Below, one piece after another: positions 36,018 to 50,578 of a DNA stretch of 64,000 nt. The DNA is from Gracilinanus agilis (Eukaryota): NCBI RefSeq assembly GCF_016433145.1, contig NC_058133.1, forward strand, positions 389,697,456-389,761,455, given 5' to 3'. Each line of letters opens with the position of its first letter. Position 1 is the stretch's first letter. Both the position numbers and the translations under genes were made by a program. The notes beneath the pieces are model-generated. The model saw only the letters and a program-made list of their open reading frames with translations. It was not told the DNA's origin and ran no database searches.

Positions 36018-39000
36018 GAAAGATTTGGGCATAGAATTCCAAAGTAATGTGCATCAAAAATTAAAGGTAAAATAGAATCTCTGATGGGCAACTGAAGAAA
36101 TGTAATCAATTTCTTTTTCAAATTCATAAAAATTGCTTTTGAATGGTGTAAGTCATGAGACATTTCTTGTCATCATGCATTCACGTTATTTTCAAATTCA
36201 TATCAGAAGTAGATAGTGTTCACTGACAATGTTAAATTTTAATACAAGTTATGAGATGAGTGATATTCAGCCAACGAGGCCACAGATAGAAGCCAAGATT
36301 CAGTGTGAACCCAAATATTCATAGCAGCCTTTCTTGTCATGGCAAAGAACTGGAGACAATGTTAGTTCTCATTATTAAGAGAATGAAGTGGTGGGGGAAT
36401 CATTATATGTAAACTAAATTAAATTTTATTTGCCAAGAAAGGATGGATAGGCAGAATTAGGAAACATAAAATGATTTATGGGAACTGAAGCACAATGAAA
36501 TAGCAGAGGCAGAACAACATAAAGATGCAGATAAATGGCAGAGGAGAAAGAGAACCAGGCCAGGAGATGGGAGGTCCTGGTTTCTAATCTGTCCTCAGGT
36601 GCTTCCTAGTTGTGTGACCTTCCACAAATTACTCATCACCTATTGTCTAGTTCTTACCACTCTTTTACCTTCAAAAAATATGTAATACTATATAATCAGA
36701 ATTTGCTCCCTGGGACTCTAAATCCCAGCTTCCCAAGTTTCTTCTCATGTTACATACTAACAGAGGGAAGATATAAGTTTGGTGTAGCTCCACACTCTTT
36801 TTTTTCACTCTGATCACAGCTGGTGGAGGTGGGGTGAGTGCCAGGTAGGAGAATTTTTCACACGTGGTCATACTTAAGTTTTGTACTTTGTTCTTTTATT
36901 TCTTCTACTTCAAGTGATTTATATATATATGTATATATAAGATTAATAAATCTTATAAAATATAATATTTGTAGTTATTGGATATTAATTTTAATCTTGC
37001 AATACTGATTCCAAAATGGAAGGTAATGGTTAAAAAAATAAAAGATTAATATATACAGTGATTCCAACAATATAAATCAAAAGGTCACTAGATGCAAACC
37101 AAACTCTGAATAACTGAAAAATCAAAACTACTCCCAGAGAACAAATAATGAAAACATAATTTTCTCTTCTTAGCAAAGAGGTGAGAAGGGTAGAATGTTT
37201 TGGATACAAAGTCAGATGTATTTATTCTATTAGTGATTTTTTTTGTATATTTGCTTAACTTTTTCTTTCTTAGGAGGCATGGTCCAGTTCTGTGTGAAGA
37301 GGTGAGGTGAGGTAAAAGGGATTTTACAGAATTGCTAGAGATATAAAAACAGAAAGCATCAATAAACCTTTGTATGTTCAGTGAAGGGATTAAACTAGTT
37401 ATTATCCTCATCTATACTCATTTCATAAGAAAATAGATCAGGATTGGGAAAGATTGAACTTTGTACTTCTCCTTTGGTTCTTCCTTCAAATAACTTAAAT
37501 TTTTTATTTTTTCTTTAAACCATTTCTCTCAATGTTTGGGATCCAATATAAAGGAAATAGCAGCATCTAGTAATTACATAAGCACTTTAAGATTTGCAGG
37601 GTGACTTATAGATATCTTTTCAAAATCATAGTAGGGATTTGGGAGATGGGAATTATTATTTCCAGTTTTCAGTTGAGGAAACTGAGACAGCAAGCCAATT
37701 GACTTGTCCAGGATCACAGTCAATGAATAACCGAGGCTGAGTTTGAATATAGTTTGGTTTTTTTTTTTTTACTGCAAAATGAATGCTCTCTATTTTGTAT
37801 CAAGTTGCCTCAAAATAGTAAATCATTACTGAAAACTTCTAAAAGTGAAATAGGTTGTAATTAATAAAATAGTAGGACTAATGATATAATATTCTTTATT
37901 TTCTTTGATTTTTAAATAAAAACACTTTAAAAATTCTCTTTGATGTTATAATGATTTATGAGTTTTTTATTTCTTTTCCTCATTTGGAAGTTGGGGCTAT
38001 GCTTACCTTCCCAAGGGTTTTGAATGGGAGAGAAAATGTGAAAAAAAAAATAGTCTGATTTCAGGTAAATCTATTTGTATTGTCTGCCTAAGTAGTTATT
38101 TCTACTTCTACAAAATAAAGAATTTTTTTCCACAAAATTGTAGTACATACAATCAGGTAGAGCAGTGGAGAGTGCCAGGTCTGGATTAGGTAGTCTCCTC
38201 TTCCTGAATTGAAATCTGGCCCCAGACATTTACTAGCAATGTGACCCTGGGCAAGTCATTTAACTCTGTTTGCCTTAGAATCCTCATATGTAAAATGAGC
38301 TCGGGAGGGAAATGGCAAACCATTCAGTATCTTTGCAAAGAAAACCTTTAATGAGATCACGTTGGCTCAGAAAAAAACTAAACAACTCAACAAAAACAAC
38401 AAAACATAAATACCAACATATTTATGGTAGGTTTTAAAGATCTTCCAAATTCTTCTTTCCTTGTCCATGCCAGTGCCCATGTCTTTCATTTCTATGCTGA
38501 AAGTGCATTGTTGTTCATCCATTTCAAGTTGCTAGAAATATATTTAAAACAATAAACTGGATTTAAATGTAAAATGTTTTTGGAAATTGTGTGTATTTTT
38601 CTTCCTCAATTGAGATATGACATTACCTTACTTATGAGCTGGGCTCTTCACATTAGAATATGTTGATTTTGAAAATGTGACCTTTCTTTTACACATAGAG
38701 AATGACCCAAACAAAGCAAAATGGTTCTTTCATCATTTTAGAATCTATTCTGTTATGCACCAATAAAACTCCTTCCCCAAATATCAAGATGTTCTTCAAC
38801 CATTATGTGGAGAGATTTAAAAATAGAAGAACCATGAATCCATATTCTGAATTAGCGTGAAAAGAAAGCTAATAAAGGATTAAGCCAATATAATGCAAAC
38901 ATTGCCCTTTGCAAATTTTGTTAGTGTGCCAACATGGACACATATTTTACAAGTAGAGCTCATCATATGCTTGTATCTTTTGACATATAGGGAGCTCTTG

Positions 39001-39779
39001 GTCATTTGTGGGGGAATGAGGGCTTCTAGCCTCTGGCCTTGATGTCTTTTCCTTTCTCCAGGCAGGCTGCTAACAGGCTTTCCACAAATCTCCTCTGCCT
39101 CCTATGCAATTACCTGTAACCACTGTTAAGCCTTACCACCACCCTCAGGCTAACTTCTGTGCCACCTGCTGCATGTCATATCTACTTCCTAAGACTCCTA
39201 AATTGAATTTCATACTCTAAAATTGCTCCTCTTCTGGTCCCCTCAAATGCTCTGCCTCTCTCACAAAGGCAAGAAATAGGGAGCAATGTAAAATGTGGAG
39301 GTAAGGATATAGCATTTCTGGAATTGGAGACAACATGTGCAGAAGCATAAAGGCAGGAAATGGAAGGATGTCTGTGAAAAACAGCAGAGCCAGTTCAGAG
39401 GGACCATGGAGGACAGAAAGGTGAATAATTTATAATGAGTTTGGAAAGGCTGCTTGGATCCAGGCTGTGAGGGGCTTTAAATCACAAGTAAGAAAAAGAG
39501 TCAGCACATGCACACAGGAACTCATACCTGGCTCAGGAGTTTGGAAGGTCAAAGAATATGACACAGAGATTGAGGAGGGAAAAGACCATTGAAACTTTAC
39601 CCATTTGAGGCTCTTTAGAGTAGAGTTGGGATATATTAAAAAGGAACTTTCTACATTCCACATGATGTTATTGAATGCCCCCAGATTTCACTAGCAAAGG
39701 AGAGATCGTCCTTCCCAGGTAGAGAAATTAGGCTATACTTTGTGACTGAGAATAATGGATCTGCAGAAATAGTGTTTTG

Positions 39780-39978
39780 GGGTGGCACCTGGGTGGTTCA
39801 GTGGTTTGAGAGCCAGATCTAGAGACAGGAGGTCCTAGGTTCAAATCTGGCCTCAGAAACTTCCTAGATGTGATACCCTGGGTAAGTCTAACCCCAATTG
39901 TCAGGCTTACCAGCCTTCTGCCTTGGAACCAACATACACAGTATTGAATCTAAGATGAAAGGTAAGGGTTTAAAAATG
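39780..39978 (+). mobile_element. SINE1_Mdo-like SINE (older, full tail)
   Basis: Head, CORE and the tail cttctgccttggaacc...gaaaggtaagggttt. TSD agaaatagtgtt(t/g)tg. Empty site near 18180. Confidence 0.8.
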
Positions 39979-42122
39979 AGAAATAGTGTTGTGAGATACA
40001 AGACAAGAATACACAAGTAGTACGCTATCTTCCCAGGGTGGATATCTAGTATAAGAGTGCCAAAACTTTCCCAGACTTCATGGCCCTTAGATAGACTACA
40101 CTCAGCATATAAATCTAAAAACTAAAACAAAATAGTTTTAAAATTAATTTTCATAAACTACAGAACCTATTTTATTTTCCTTAACACAAATGATTTTTGA
40201 ATAATTCAGTAGAACAACATGATCATTTAACAACATTCTTTGGACATTTTTGAGAAACTTCTCATATCCCCAATAGTATATGTACTTCAGGTTGGGAACC
40301 TCTACTTTACCATATGATAATTAACCTCCAAAGATTTGCTAAACCTCAAAACTACTGAATTGAATTGCATTGAATCAGCCAATCATCTTCAAATGTGCCA
40401 TTAATGTAAATGTTTCTATTTTATATGGGTAGACAATCTTGCCCAAGATGTCCATCTGTTCCATTCCTTTTCTCTCCTATTTTTTTTAGGTGGATAAAAG
40501 ACTTAATTCTTAATTCCAATTAATCTGGAGATTTATAATAGAAAGGAATACTAGAACTGAAACAGAAATCAGAGGAAATTTAACAGAAACAATCCTTTAA
40601 TAAAATTGTCTTTTTATAATATTAATATTATTATATTATTGTTATATGTATTATTAATATATATTATAATATTAATATATTATAACTCCCTATAATAAAA
40701 AATAAAAAATAAAAAATGTCCCTTATGGGTGTTATTTACTTGAAAATCTCTAATAAGAAATAAATCAAAAGTCTCTCACAACCAAATGACTGTCTCTAGC
40801 AGAATGCTACCATCCTTTTGAGAAACTATGACTATTGGTGATCTTTTATCTTGCATGGAAAATCAGTGTGGCCCTCTTCCTTTTCCAGATCTTAATACTA
40901 TTTCTTCCATTTGAGGCTCAATTCCTGATCTTTTCTACAGGAAAGCCATTGAATGATCTAATCATCTTCAAAAGGGCTGTTGATGAGATTGTTTATATCT
41001 TATTTGGTAGACATTTTGTTCAAGATTTCCATCTGCTACATTCCTTTCTCTCAACAAATAAGATGACACTAAAGTTAATCCATCTATTTGCACTCAATCT
41101 CTCCTGAGTCCTGTAAGGTCTAGCTTCAGTAAGATACACTAAAGTAGTGACTCATAGCAGTGATTCTAGCTCTCAGAGAAGTTGAGGCTAGATTATTGCT
41201 TGAGCTTTGAAGTTCTGAATTGAGTAGCTAAGTCAATCAGGTTAGTTAATAAGTCTAGCATCAATATGATAAACCACCAGAAGTATGTATGGAGGGGCTT
41301 GGGACCATTTTGTCTAAGGAAAGGAAAACTAGGCAGTAAGCTGAGCAGATCAAAATTCTCATACAAATCAGGAGAATTGGACAGGATTTTCAGCCTGGGA
41401 GAGATGTGGCAAGTATCTTTATCATCACAATACCACTCCAAGTAGAGTCCTTGTCAAGTTTGTTTTAAAACATTTAAGGAGCATAGATGACCTCCAGCCT
41501 CTGCCCTTGATACCCTTTCCTTTTCCCAGGCAGAATGAGGGGAGGTTTCCCCAAAACTCCTCAATCTCATATTCTGCATTCAAACACATGATCTCATCAT
41601 GATACAGACTGCTAGTACCTGTAACCACTGCCTTGGCTTCCATATCACCACACACAAGTTAACTTCCATCCCACCTATTGTGCATCACGTCTACTTCTGG
41701 AAGCTTCTAAATTAGATTTTGGTCCCTAAAATTGCTACTCTTCAAGTTCTCTCACAGTGTCCTGGACGCACTGGAAAAGGCAAGAAAAAAAAAGAAGAAT
41801 CTTTCCTCAAAGGTGAAATATTGTTTCTATCATGCTCCTCTCACTTCTAAAATCCTGCCATGGGTAGGAAGGTCTAGAACAGAGACAACAATGAACCTTT
41901 TAGGAAGTCAAAATGAGAATAAATACAGTTCTTAATTAATAGTTCAGTCTCTTTTATCTATAGCAAAGCCATGTTGAATATGAAACAGCAAAATAGAATT
42001 TTCTGCATACCATTTAATGCAGAACGAATTAGAGTGGTATACAAGAAGAAATCTGTACATCAGCTCTGAGAATTTTGCTTACAAGAACCTTGAGGGCAAA
42101 ATTTGTGAGAAGTTTTCCCTCC

Positions 42123-42858
42123 TGCCAGGAGCCTGCCCAGCAGGCTAAGCTTTCCGTGGGCAGGACAGCTAAGAGGTTGAGAAGCAGTGAGAACAGCCAG
42201 AGACTCAGTAGGCTTGCAGAGAGTTGTTCTGGTCTGCCATCTGCAGACTAATTTTTATACTTTTTTCTTAAGATTACATCAATGCTGGCATGAATTCCAT
42301 TCCCACCATACATTTTTTTCTTAGATACAATGTATTAAGTCATACATTAACTTTGTTATTACCAGCTTTTCATTTTCCAGTAAAGTTCCATATTTTCCAA
42401 GCTGTGTTTGACATATCTCTTGGGCTACAGTAGTGGAAAAGTACAGGAGACACTTTCGCCATATATCATTCATTGTTCTTGATGAGAATGTGTATGAGAA
42501 TGAGAGATCTACATTGGGGTTTTAAAAACTTTAACATTAACTCACTATTTGCTGGTTTGTTTTGAAGTAACTTCTAGAGGAATTTCAGTATTTACTATAT
42601 GTAAAGGTGGGAATTTCCTAGGAGTTTGTAGGGGGCCTGTAAGGGCTCTAATAATAGCCTATAATGTTCTTCTGTATTTCCCTGGGGCTGAGTGGGGATA
42701 TTGGTTATAACAATTCCACTAAGGAGTGTTAATAAGAGAGAAGACATGCAGGGGAATCTTGAGTGGGGGAAACCATTCTCCCTAGAACCTCACTCTGCAG
42801 TTCTAGGACCCCATCTCTGACCTTGCCATTCAGAAGGGGTTTGATGGCCCTCTGTACA
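42123..42858. mobile_element. Solo LTR, 736 bp, ERV1-like
   Basis: TG...CA ends with a 4-bp TSD CTCC (42119-42122, 42859-42862). Empty site near 31243. Confidence 0.75.
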
Positions 42859-43497
42859 CTCCCCCCACCCCTATCATTAGTCTGGGTCATTGATAGGGAA
42901 CAAATTTCAAAACATATACTTCCACATGGTGCAAGCAAGAGAAATAGAGCGTGCTATGAGAACTGCCATCAAAGAAAAGGATGTGATAAATGAAGATGAT
43001 CAATTCTGGCACCTTTTACTTCTTCAAAACAAGTCTCTCATTTGCTTAGTTTCCATATGAATTCCAGTGCAATGATTATCATCAATATTAAACTTTTTCA
43101 ACATGAGTGAAACTTCAACTTAAAAATGAAGATTACCTAATCCATTTACTTTACATTTATTTAAATTGCATAAATTAAAAACTCCTTTATAAGGAGTCCT
43201 CTGTAATGAAGTAAAATAGGTGAGCAAAATTAATTTTATTTAAAATAAGTAAAAATTAATATTACAATGATTTCATCTAAAAGTGCATGTAACTTTTCAA
43301 ATAGAGAGCACCCTTTCATCTTTGTTTTAAAATGAACTGAAATCTATCCTCTCTTCCTTCTACCTCTATTCTCCAGGGAAAGAGACCAAAAATTTCTTTT
43401 AACAAATAGTCAAACAAAACAAATTTTCTCAATGCATATATACAGATGTTAGTTATATAGTTGTATATGTGTAGTATTAAATATATGTATATGTGTG

Positions 43498-43530
<33 letters not shown>

Positions 43531-44351
43531 CAGTATATGAGGAAATTAGGTTGTATAGTATAAAAGGTACTACACTAGTTAGGAAGACTCATCTTCCTGA
43601 GTTCCAGTCTGACCTCAGTAGATTTGATTTTGGGTAAATTACCTCAGCAAGCTAGTGTTTGATAAAACTCGAGGATAAGAACTCAATATTTGACAAAAAC
43701 TGCTGGGAATATTGGAAAAGAATATGGCAAAAATTAGGTTTAGAATAATGTCTCATACGAAAAACCAAGATATGGTCAAAATGGGTACATGATTTAAACT
43801 TAAAGAAAGACATTATAAGAAAATTTCAGTCACAACTGAAATGTCTGAACAACAAGAAGAACAACAAATATCAGTATATAAACATTCACATATATGCCCA
43901 ACTCTGAACTCTAAATTTGCAAAATTTTTGTGAATTTTCAAAGGCCTGTGTAAGAATTTCACAGGGAAAGTATGCCTTGGCTAAAGTCTACACTGAAAGA
44001 AGGCACTTATATCTAATATTATAGATATTAAAGTAAGAGTTTTTTATTGATATTGTGACCTCTGACTTTTTATTGACTTTGTAACTGCATTTCCCACTTG
44101 TCTGTAGTTAATAGAACATCTAAAGGAACTGATATGGGTAGATATTTGGAGATTGTCACGACTTATTTTTCTATTGCTTAATGCATCAGAGGTGACAAAA
44201 ATCACTATCATTTATACAGGTGACATCATTGAGGATCAATTCAGAGGTAAACTGTTAGGAGTCTCTTGCCTCAAATGAGAGACTAAACACTTGTTTTCAA
44301 AATAACTATCTAAATAATGATTACTGGAGGAAAAAGAAATCTATTCTCATA

Positions 44352-44487
44352 GTTCACACCTTATACTACAGGGATTCTAGCTCAGGGCCTTTCAGAGGTG
44401 GAGTTCCCCTGGCTGACTTTTAGAACTCAGAGGATTTAGGACATAACTTTGATCTGACAAGATGGGGAAGGGGATGTTAATAAAAGA
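44352..44487 (+). promoter_or_regulatory. Candidate promoter module
   Basis: GTTCACACCTTATACTACAGGGATT at 44352-44376 and TAATAAAAGA at 44478-44487. Confidence 0.45.
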
Positions 44488-44842
44488 TGTCCTTTGAAAT
44501 GGGCAACAACTGCACGATTTATTGTTGTTTCCCTAAGAAAGTTTCTCAGAAATACAGCTTAGAAGATCAAAAGACTATTTTCTCAAATATTTGGGTCAAA
44601 GATAATTGCTTGCTCTTTGATAAACTATCAATGCTGCTCTCTGAGATATTTCCACAACTTCTGGGGAATGATAATTAAATAGGAAATGGTTCATCTTGCT
44701 TTGAAAATGTAATTGGTATTTTTTTGTATAGACATTAACTTAAGGTATTATTTTCCAATAAAGCCATTGGATGTTTCAATGGTGAGCTCTGTGTGAGCAT
44801 AAAAGCACCCTAGAAATACTGCAAGTTTCCAAGAGAAGAATC

Positions 44843-45886
44843 ATGAGTGAGAGCAATGGGATTCAGCCAGCAGCTGTGCAGCTCTGCTATGAAAATGTCA
44901 ATGGCTCTTGCATTCAGACTCCCTACTCCCCAGTACTCCGAGTCATCCTCTACCTGGCCTTTGGCACTGGGGTTGTGCTGGCTGTCTTGGGAAACCTTCT
45001 GGTCATGATTTCAATCCTTCACTTCAGGCAGCTGCATTCTCCAGCCAACTTCCTCATTGCCTCCTTGGCTTGTGCTGACTTTCTGGTGGGAGCCACTGTG
45101 ATGCCCTTCAGCATGGTGAGGTCTGTGGAGAGTTGTTGGTACTTTGGCAACAGTTACTGTAAACTTCATACTACTTTTGATGCAGCATTTTGTTACACTT
45201 CCCTTTTTCACTTGAGCTTCATCTCTATTGATAGATATATTGCTGTCACTGACCCTCTCATCTATCCAACCAAGTTCACATTCTCTGTCTCTGGGCTGTG
45301 CATAGCTCTCTCCTGGACCATCACAATGACTTACAGTGGGTCTGTTTTTTACACAGGTGTCAATGATGATGGACTGGAGGAGTTAGTAAGTGCTCTCACT
45401 TGTGTGGGAGGCTGTCAGATTGCTGTGAATCAGAACTGGATCCTAATAGATTTTCTGTTGTTTGGTATACCCAGCCTCATTATGATTATTCTTTACTCTA
45501 AGATTTTTCTAGTAGCTAAAGTGCAGGCTAGAAAGATTGAAAGCACAGGTAGCACAGGGGAATCTTCATCTGCAGACAGTTACAAAGCCAGAGTGTCCAA
45601 GAGGGAGAGAAAAGCAGCCAAAACACTGGGCATAGCTGTGATTGCATTCATGATTTCATGGTTACCCTACACAATCGACTCATTAATTGATGCTTACCTT
45701 GGCTTCATCACCCCTGCCTATGTTTATGAGATTTGTTGTTGGTTTGCTTATTATAACTCAGCAGTGAATCCCCTGATTTATGGTTTCTTTTACCCTTGGT
45801 TTCGAAAGGCTATAAAACTCATCATCACTGGCAAAATCTTAGAGAATGGCTCTTCAAGCATGAATTTGTTTTCTGAACAAGAATGA
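44843..45886 (+). CDS. Trace amine-associated receptor, TAAR6/TAAR8 clade, 347 aa (Asp at both 3.32 and 5.43)
   Basis: Intact ORF with all TAAR motifs. D113 and D203 (NQNWILIDF) align with human TAAR6 D112/D202. Confidence 0.92.
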   Translation: MSESNGIQPAAVQLCYENVNGSCIQTPYSPVLRVILYLAFGTGVVLAVLGNLLVMISILHFRQLHSPANFLIASLACADFLVGATVMPFSMVRSVESCWYFGNSYCKLHTTFDAAFCYTSLFHLSFISIDRYIAVTDPLIYPTKFTFSVSGLCIALSWTITMTYSGSVFYTGVNDDGLEELVSALTCVGGCQIAVNQNWILIDFLLFGIPSLIMIILYSKIFLVAKVQARKIESTGSTGESSSADSYKARVSKRERKAAKTLGIAVIAFMISWLPYTIDSLIDAYLGFITPAYVYEICCWFAYYNSAVNPLIYGFFYPWFRKAIKLIITGKILENGSSSMNLFSEQE

Positions 45887-46662
45887 AGGTTAAAATGTGG
45901 AATTTTACTGTGAATGTCTTCTGATATTTATAATTTTCTGAATTATTTTTATTCATTCATAATTGCCAAGTGACTGATATTAAAATTAATAAACTAGCAA
46001 CACCTTTCAGAGAAGGTTAAAAAAGAGCTATTCTTTCCATTAGTCCAGGTCATAATGGTTTTCAGAGTTTTGGCAGTTGTATTTCTCTGTAACTTTAGTA
46101 TTAAAAAATTGATAACAAATGTTCAAAGGGTTCATACTTACTTAGTGCCTCAGCTCTAAACAATTCCTTGACTCATTGGGTCTCTCTCACTTATCTCTTC
46201 CATGTCACTAACTTCTATTTACTTTTCTGATGTGTTCTCTAACCATTCTTCTTCTTACTCTACTTTCTCTATCCAAATTTCCCAGTATCTTGTGAAACAT
46301 CCCAGCTTTAGCCCCCTGACTTTAGATTTGTTCAATTGTCATTTATGTCTGTTGGCTCCTATCTGTCCATGACTGCCCTCATAGCTTGGCAGACTCTGGA
46401 AAGAACCTGATTTTTTTTTTCTTACTGTTTAAAGAGAGAGAACACTAGTTAGTATTTCCCTGTGATACTAATTGAATAATATTAGGGTGGCTATTATAAG
46501 ATGCAGAGTTGGACTAAATTCCAGTGTGCAATGTATGGGAGATAATTTCTAATACTGATTATCTTACTGATATTATTTCTGCTCTCTACATGACTGTGAA
46601 TTATTAAAAAATTTTTCTTGTTTCTTGTTTTTTTTTTTTTTGGCAAAGCTTAGTCCAATATG

Positions 46663-46866
46663 TTTTTTTTTTTAAAACCTTTACCTTCCATCTTAGAATC
46701 AATATCGTATATTGGTCCCAAGGCAGAAGGGTGGTAACAACTAGACAGTGGTGATTAAGTGACTTGCCCAGAATCACACAAGTAGGAAGCATCTGAGGCC
46801 AGTTTTGAACCCAGATCCTCCTATCTCTGGACCTGGCCCTCAATCCACTGAGTCACTTAGTTCCCC
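46663..46866 (-). mobile_element. SINE1_Mdo-like SINE
   Basis: Reverse-strand head, CORE and tail, with TSD ttagtcca(a/g)tat. Confidence 0.75.
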
Positions 46867-47059
46867 ACTTTAGTCCAGTATTTTGCTAAGAAAACTCCAA
46901 ATGCGGTCCCAAATAATTGGACAGGATTGAAACAACTCAACAATAACAGAAAACAATTGTTTCAGTCTTTTCACTCAACACAGAGTACTTACTGTGTGTA
47001 AACAACATCCTGAGTGATACAGAAATAAAATAAATGGTCCCTTCCTTATAATTAAAAGT

Positions 47060-47401
47060 AAAGAGGTCAGCTAGGTACCTCAGTAGATTGAGAGTTAGGT
47101 CTAGTGACAGGAAGTCCTGGGTGCATATTTGACCTCAGATACTTTCTAGCTATGTGACCCTGCACAAGTCACTTGGGCTTATCCTTATTTCTCCCACTTC
47201 CATATCTTTGCTCATTCTATCCAGCTTTTCTTGGAATGCACTTCAATTGCCCCTACTCCCCAAACTACTGAAGTCTAATCCTTCCAGGTCTACTTCTGAC
47301 ACCACGTAATTCCAATAAGACCTAGCCCTTACCACTCTTCTGCCTTGGAAACAATGCATCATAGTGATTCTCAGTAGGAAGGTAATAGTTTAAATGTAAA
47401 A
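47060..47401 (+). mobile_element. SINE1_Mdo-like SINE carrying a ~145-bp foreign insert
   Basis: TSD ataattaaaagt (47048-47059, 47402-47413). SINE sequence stops at gtcactt (47174) and resumes at cctagcccttacc (47321). Confidence 0.75.
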
Positions 47402-47483
47402 ATAATTAAAAGTTGAGCACAAAAATATGTACCCAAGACAAGTTAAATGATCATATAGGAGACAACTCCAAGAGACCTTTGAC

Positions 47484-47514
<31 letters not shown>

Positions 47515-47926
47515 CCACTGCCAAGAAGGAATAGACAAATTCTGAATGCAAATTGAAGCATACTATTCTTTACTTTATTTTCTGTAAGAATTTTTCTCTA
47601 GTGAAAGCAACATATGTCCTGTTTTATAATATGACAATGGAAATATGTATTATATAATGATATATGCATAACCTATATTACCTGCATTCTTGGGGGAGGT
47701 TGGGAGGGATAGAGAGAACATGCATTGTAAAATGTCAAAAATGAATGTTGAAATATTGTTTTAATATATAATCTGGAGAAAATAAAATTTATTATTTTAA
47801 AAAATATATGGGAAAGAAGGATTCATTTATAAACTTTTCCCATGACTGCTTCCTTTCTTCATATGGCATATGAACATCTCTTTATAGAAGAAAACATCCT
47901 ATGACCATTTCCCCCCCTTTTTTGAT

Positions 47927-48124
47927 TTTTAAAACCCTTACTTCTGTCTTGGAACCAATTCTAAGTATCAGTTCCAAACCAGAAGAGCTGTAAGGGCTAC
48001 ACAATTGAGATTAAGTGACTTGCCCAGGGACACACAACTAGGGAATGTTTAAGGCCACATTTGAAGCTAGAATCTCTAGTTTCCAAGCATGGTTCTCTGT
48101 CCATTGAGCCACCTAGCTACCCCC
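47927..48124 (-). mobile_element. SINE1_Mdo-like SINE (older)
   Basis: Reverse-strand tail aaaacccttac...cttggaacc, CORE aagtgacttgcccaggg and head ccattgagccacctagctacccc. Confidence 0.7.
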
Positions 48125-50274
48125 ATTTGACCTTTTCTTTATATATCTCTTAGATTACAAGTTTCTCTCTAGTAAAAGCATTGCTGAATATCTACATCTC
48201 CAAAATACTCTCTTACAATTACATGTCATTTTAACCCATTAAATTCACATATTTAAAATTTTTTCATAGAAACTTAAAATGTAATTTATAGGATTAGCAC
48301 ATTATACAAGTTCCTTTTGTAGTTATCACTGGCATGAAGAAAAATCAATATTTGGGTAAATCTGAATAGGCTGCTAGCTCACCCAAATCATGACTGATGG
48401 CTCCCTTATCCCTTTAAACCTCCTGACTTCATTCGACAACCTTAGCAGAAAGCCTGTATAGATGTTGTACCATGGCTTATTAATGATAGTAATAACATAT
48501 TAGTACATTTGTAAATTTTGCAGACATTTCTTTAAAATCTATTTATTTGATAGATGCTGTGTGTCAGTCTCCTGAGCTACAAAGATTGGATAGATGTTAG
48601 ATAGATAAATTGAAGATGTTTGTGTGTATATATATATATATATATGTACTTACATATATACACATATGATTATTATATAGTCTATGTGGGAAGAAGTTAT
48701 GTACACCAATAACTATAACACAAAGAACAATGAAATAAGTGCAAACAGGCAATTGAGAAAAGAATCTATGAGAGTACGACCACAGATTTACAGTTGTGAG
48801 GTCATAGAGTCCAACACTTATTTTAAGGATTAAGAAACTAAGGCCTGCAGTGTTTAAATGACTTTTCCAGTGTCTTCACACAGCTAGTAAATATTTGAGG
48901 CAGAATTAGGACTCAAGTCTTCCTTAGTCCAAGTCCAGTGCTCTAGCCACTAAACTAGGCTCCCTTTCAAGTTTGGCTGAGGATGGAAGGAGGTGAAGAT
49001 TGCTTACACCCAGGATGGTGAGGAGGGAGAATGATTGGAATTACCTGAAGGATGAAATAGTATTGGAATTGGCCCTTGAAGGACTGGACTTCAGTACTTT
49101 GAGAAGGGAGGCAATTGAAGTACATTCCAAGAAAATCTGGGGAGAATGAGCAAAGATATGGAAGCAGGAGAAATAAGGATGAGCACAGAAATTGGTCGTA
49201 TATAATGTGTGCTCAGTGACAAAGAATATGTATTTGGAGACAGAGGATTTGGGTTCAAATCTTGCCTCTGTCAGGATCAGTATGACCTTGAATAAGTCAT
49301 TAAATTTATCTAGGTTTATTTTCCTCACCTGTGAATTGAAAACCCAACCCTAAATCTCTGATCCCATGACTAAACATACTGAAGCTTACCTAGAACACTG
49401 AGCTTGAGAAGGTGATGAGAAGTGGTATGAAATAGGGATGGAGATGTCCATTAGTGCCAGACTATTGAGGGTCTTAAATAACAGGTTCTATAGTTTGTAT
49501 ACTAAGCTAGAAGAAGCCACTGAGAACATCTGAGTAAAGGTAGGACATGAGAAAGATGTCCCCACATTTCCCACAAAAGTCTCCTTTTCACTAATACTAC
49601 CATGACTTTAGTTTAAGCTCTCATTAGCTTTCACCCAGACTACTGCAAAAGCTTCCTATGTAATCTCCTTTCTTGAAGGCACCCCCTCCTCCTATCTATC
49701 CTTCAAATAGCTTCAAAGGTTATTTCCCTTAAAAAGCAGGTCTTACTATTTCAGACAGCCCTTCCCCATGCCATGAATTCCAGTCTATCTCTGTTATCTC
49801 AAGGATCAGATCTACCCTCTTTTGGCATGCAGAACTCTTCACAACCAGTGTTTGTGCCTAAAGACAGCCCATGGTTGCAAAAGTAACTATTTGTCTGCTT
49901 GTGGTCATCTTTGGCTATTAGTAGGGTGTTTGCAAGTCAGGACCAGTAGCCTCCAACTCCACCAGGTAGTGACTAACTGTGACCTGGAATGCAAGGGAAA
50001 ATATAACAAGATACCATTATTAGAAACCACTTTTCCTCTAGAATGTTCTGGGTGATTGAATGAGCTGTGTCATGTGTATCGTATTCAGTAGGTGGCCCAG
50101 CCACCTGATGGTAGCAGGTCTGACCACACTAATCCTGGTCCTTGGTGTGAGAATAGATCAGAGTATATTCTGAGACCTCATTTGTGTGCTCTCTCTGTTC
50201 ATCAGATTAAGTGTCGATCAGAAAAAGGTGAATCTTTGTCCCAATAACAGCAAATAGTAGCATATGAGAGAAAT

Positions 50275-50513
50275 TTTTGCTGTTCAGTCATTTTTTGATC
50301 ATGTCCAACTCTTTGAGACTCCATTTGTGGTTTTTTGATCAAGATACTGGAGTGTTGGCCATTTCCTTCTCTAGCTCATTTTACAGATGAAAAAATGGAG
50401 GCAAAAAGGGTTAAGTGATTTGCTCAGAGTTACATAGCTAGTAAGTGTCAGAGACTGGAATTGAACTTGGGTCTTCCTAGCTCTAGGTCTGCACTCTATC
50501 CGCTGTACTGCCC
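50275..50513 (-). mobile_element. MAR1-type SINE
   Basis: Reverse-strand RTE-like tail (tgttcagtca...catgtccaactcttt...gatactggag) followed by CORE and head. Confidence 0.7.
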
Positions 50514-50578
50514 ATAGATCATTCTAATCAGAGATGATAAGAGGAAACCATAAATTTTCCTTCAGAAACTGGTAGATC

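Noticed and set aside
40612-40716. AT-only, partly palindromic insertion absent from the paralogs
   Set aside because: It is a low-complexity expansion. Symmetry is trivial at this base composition.
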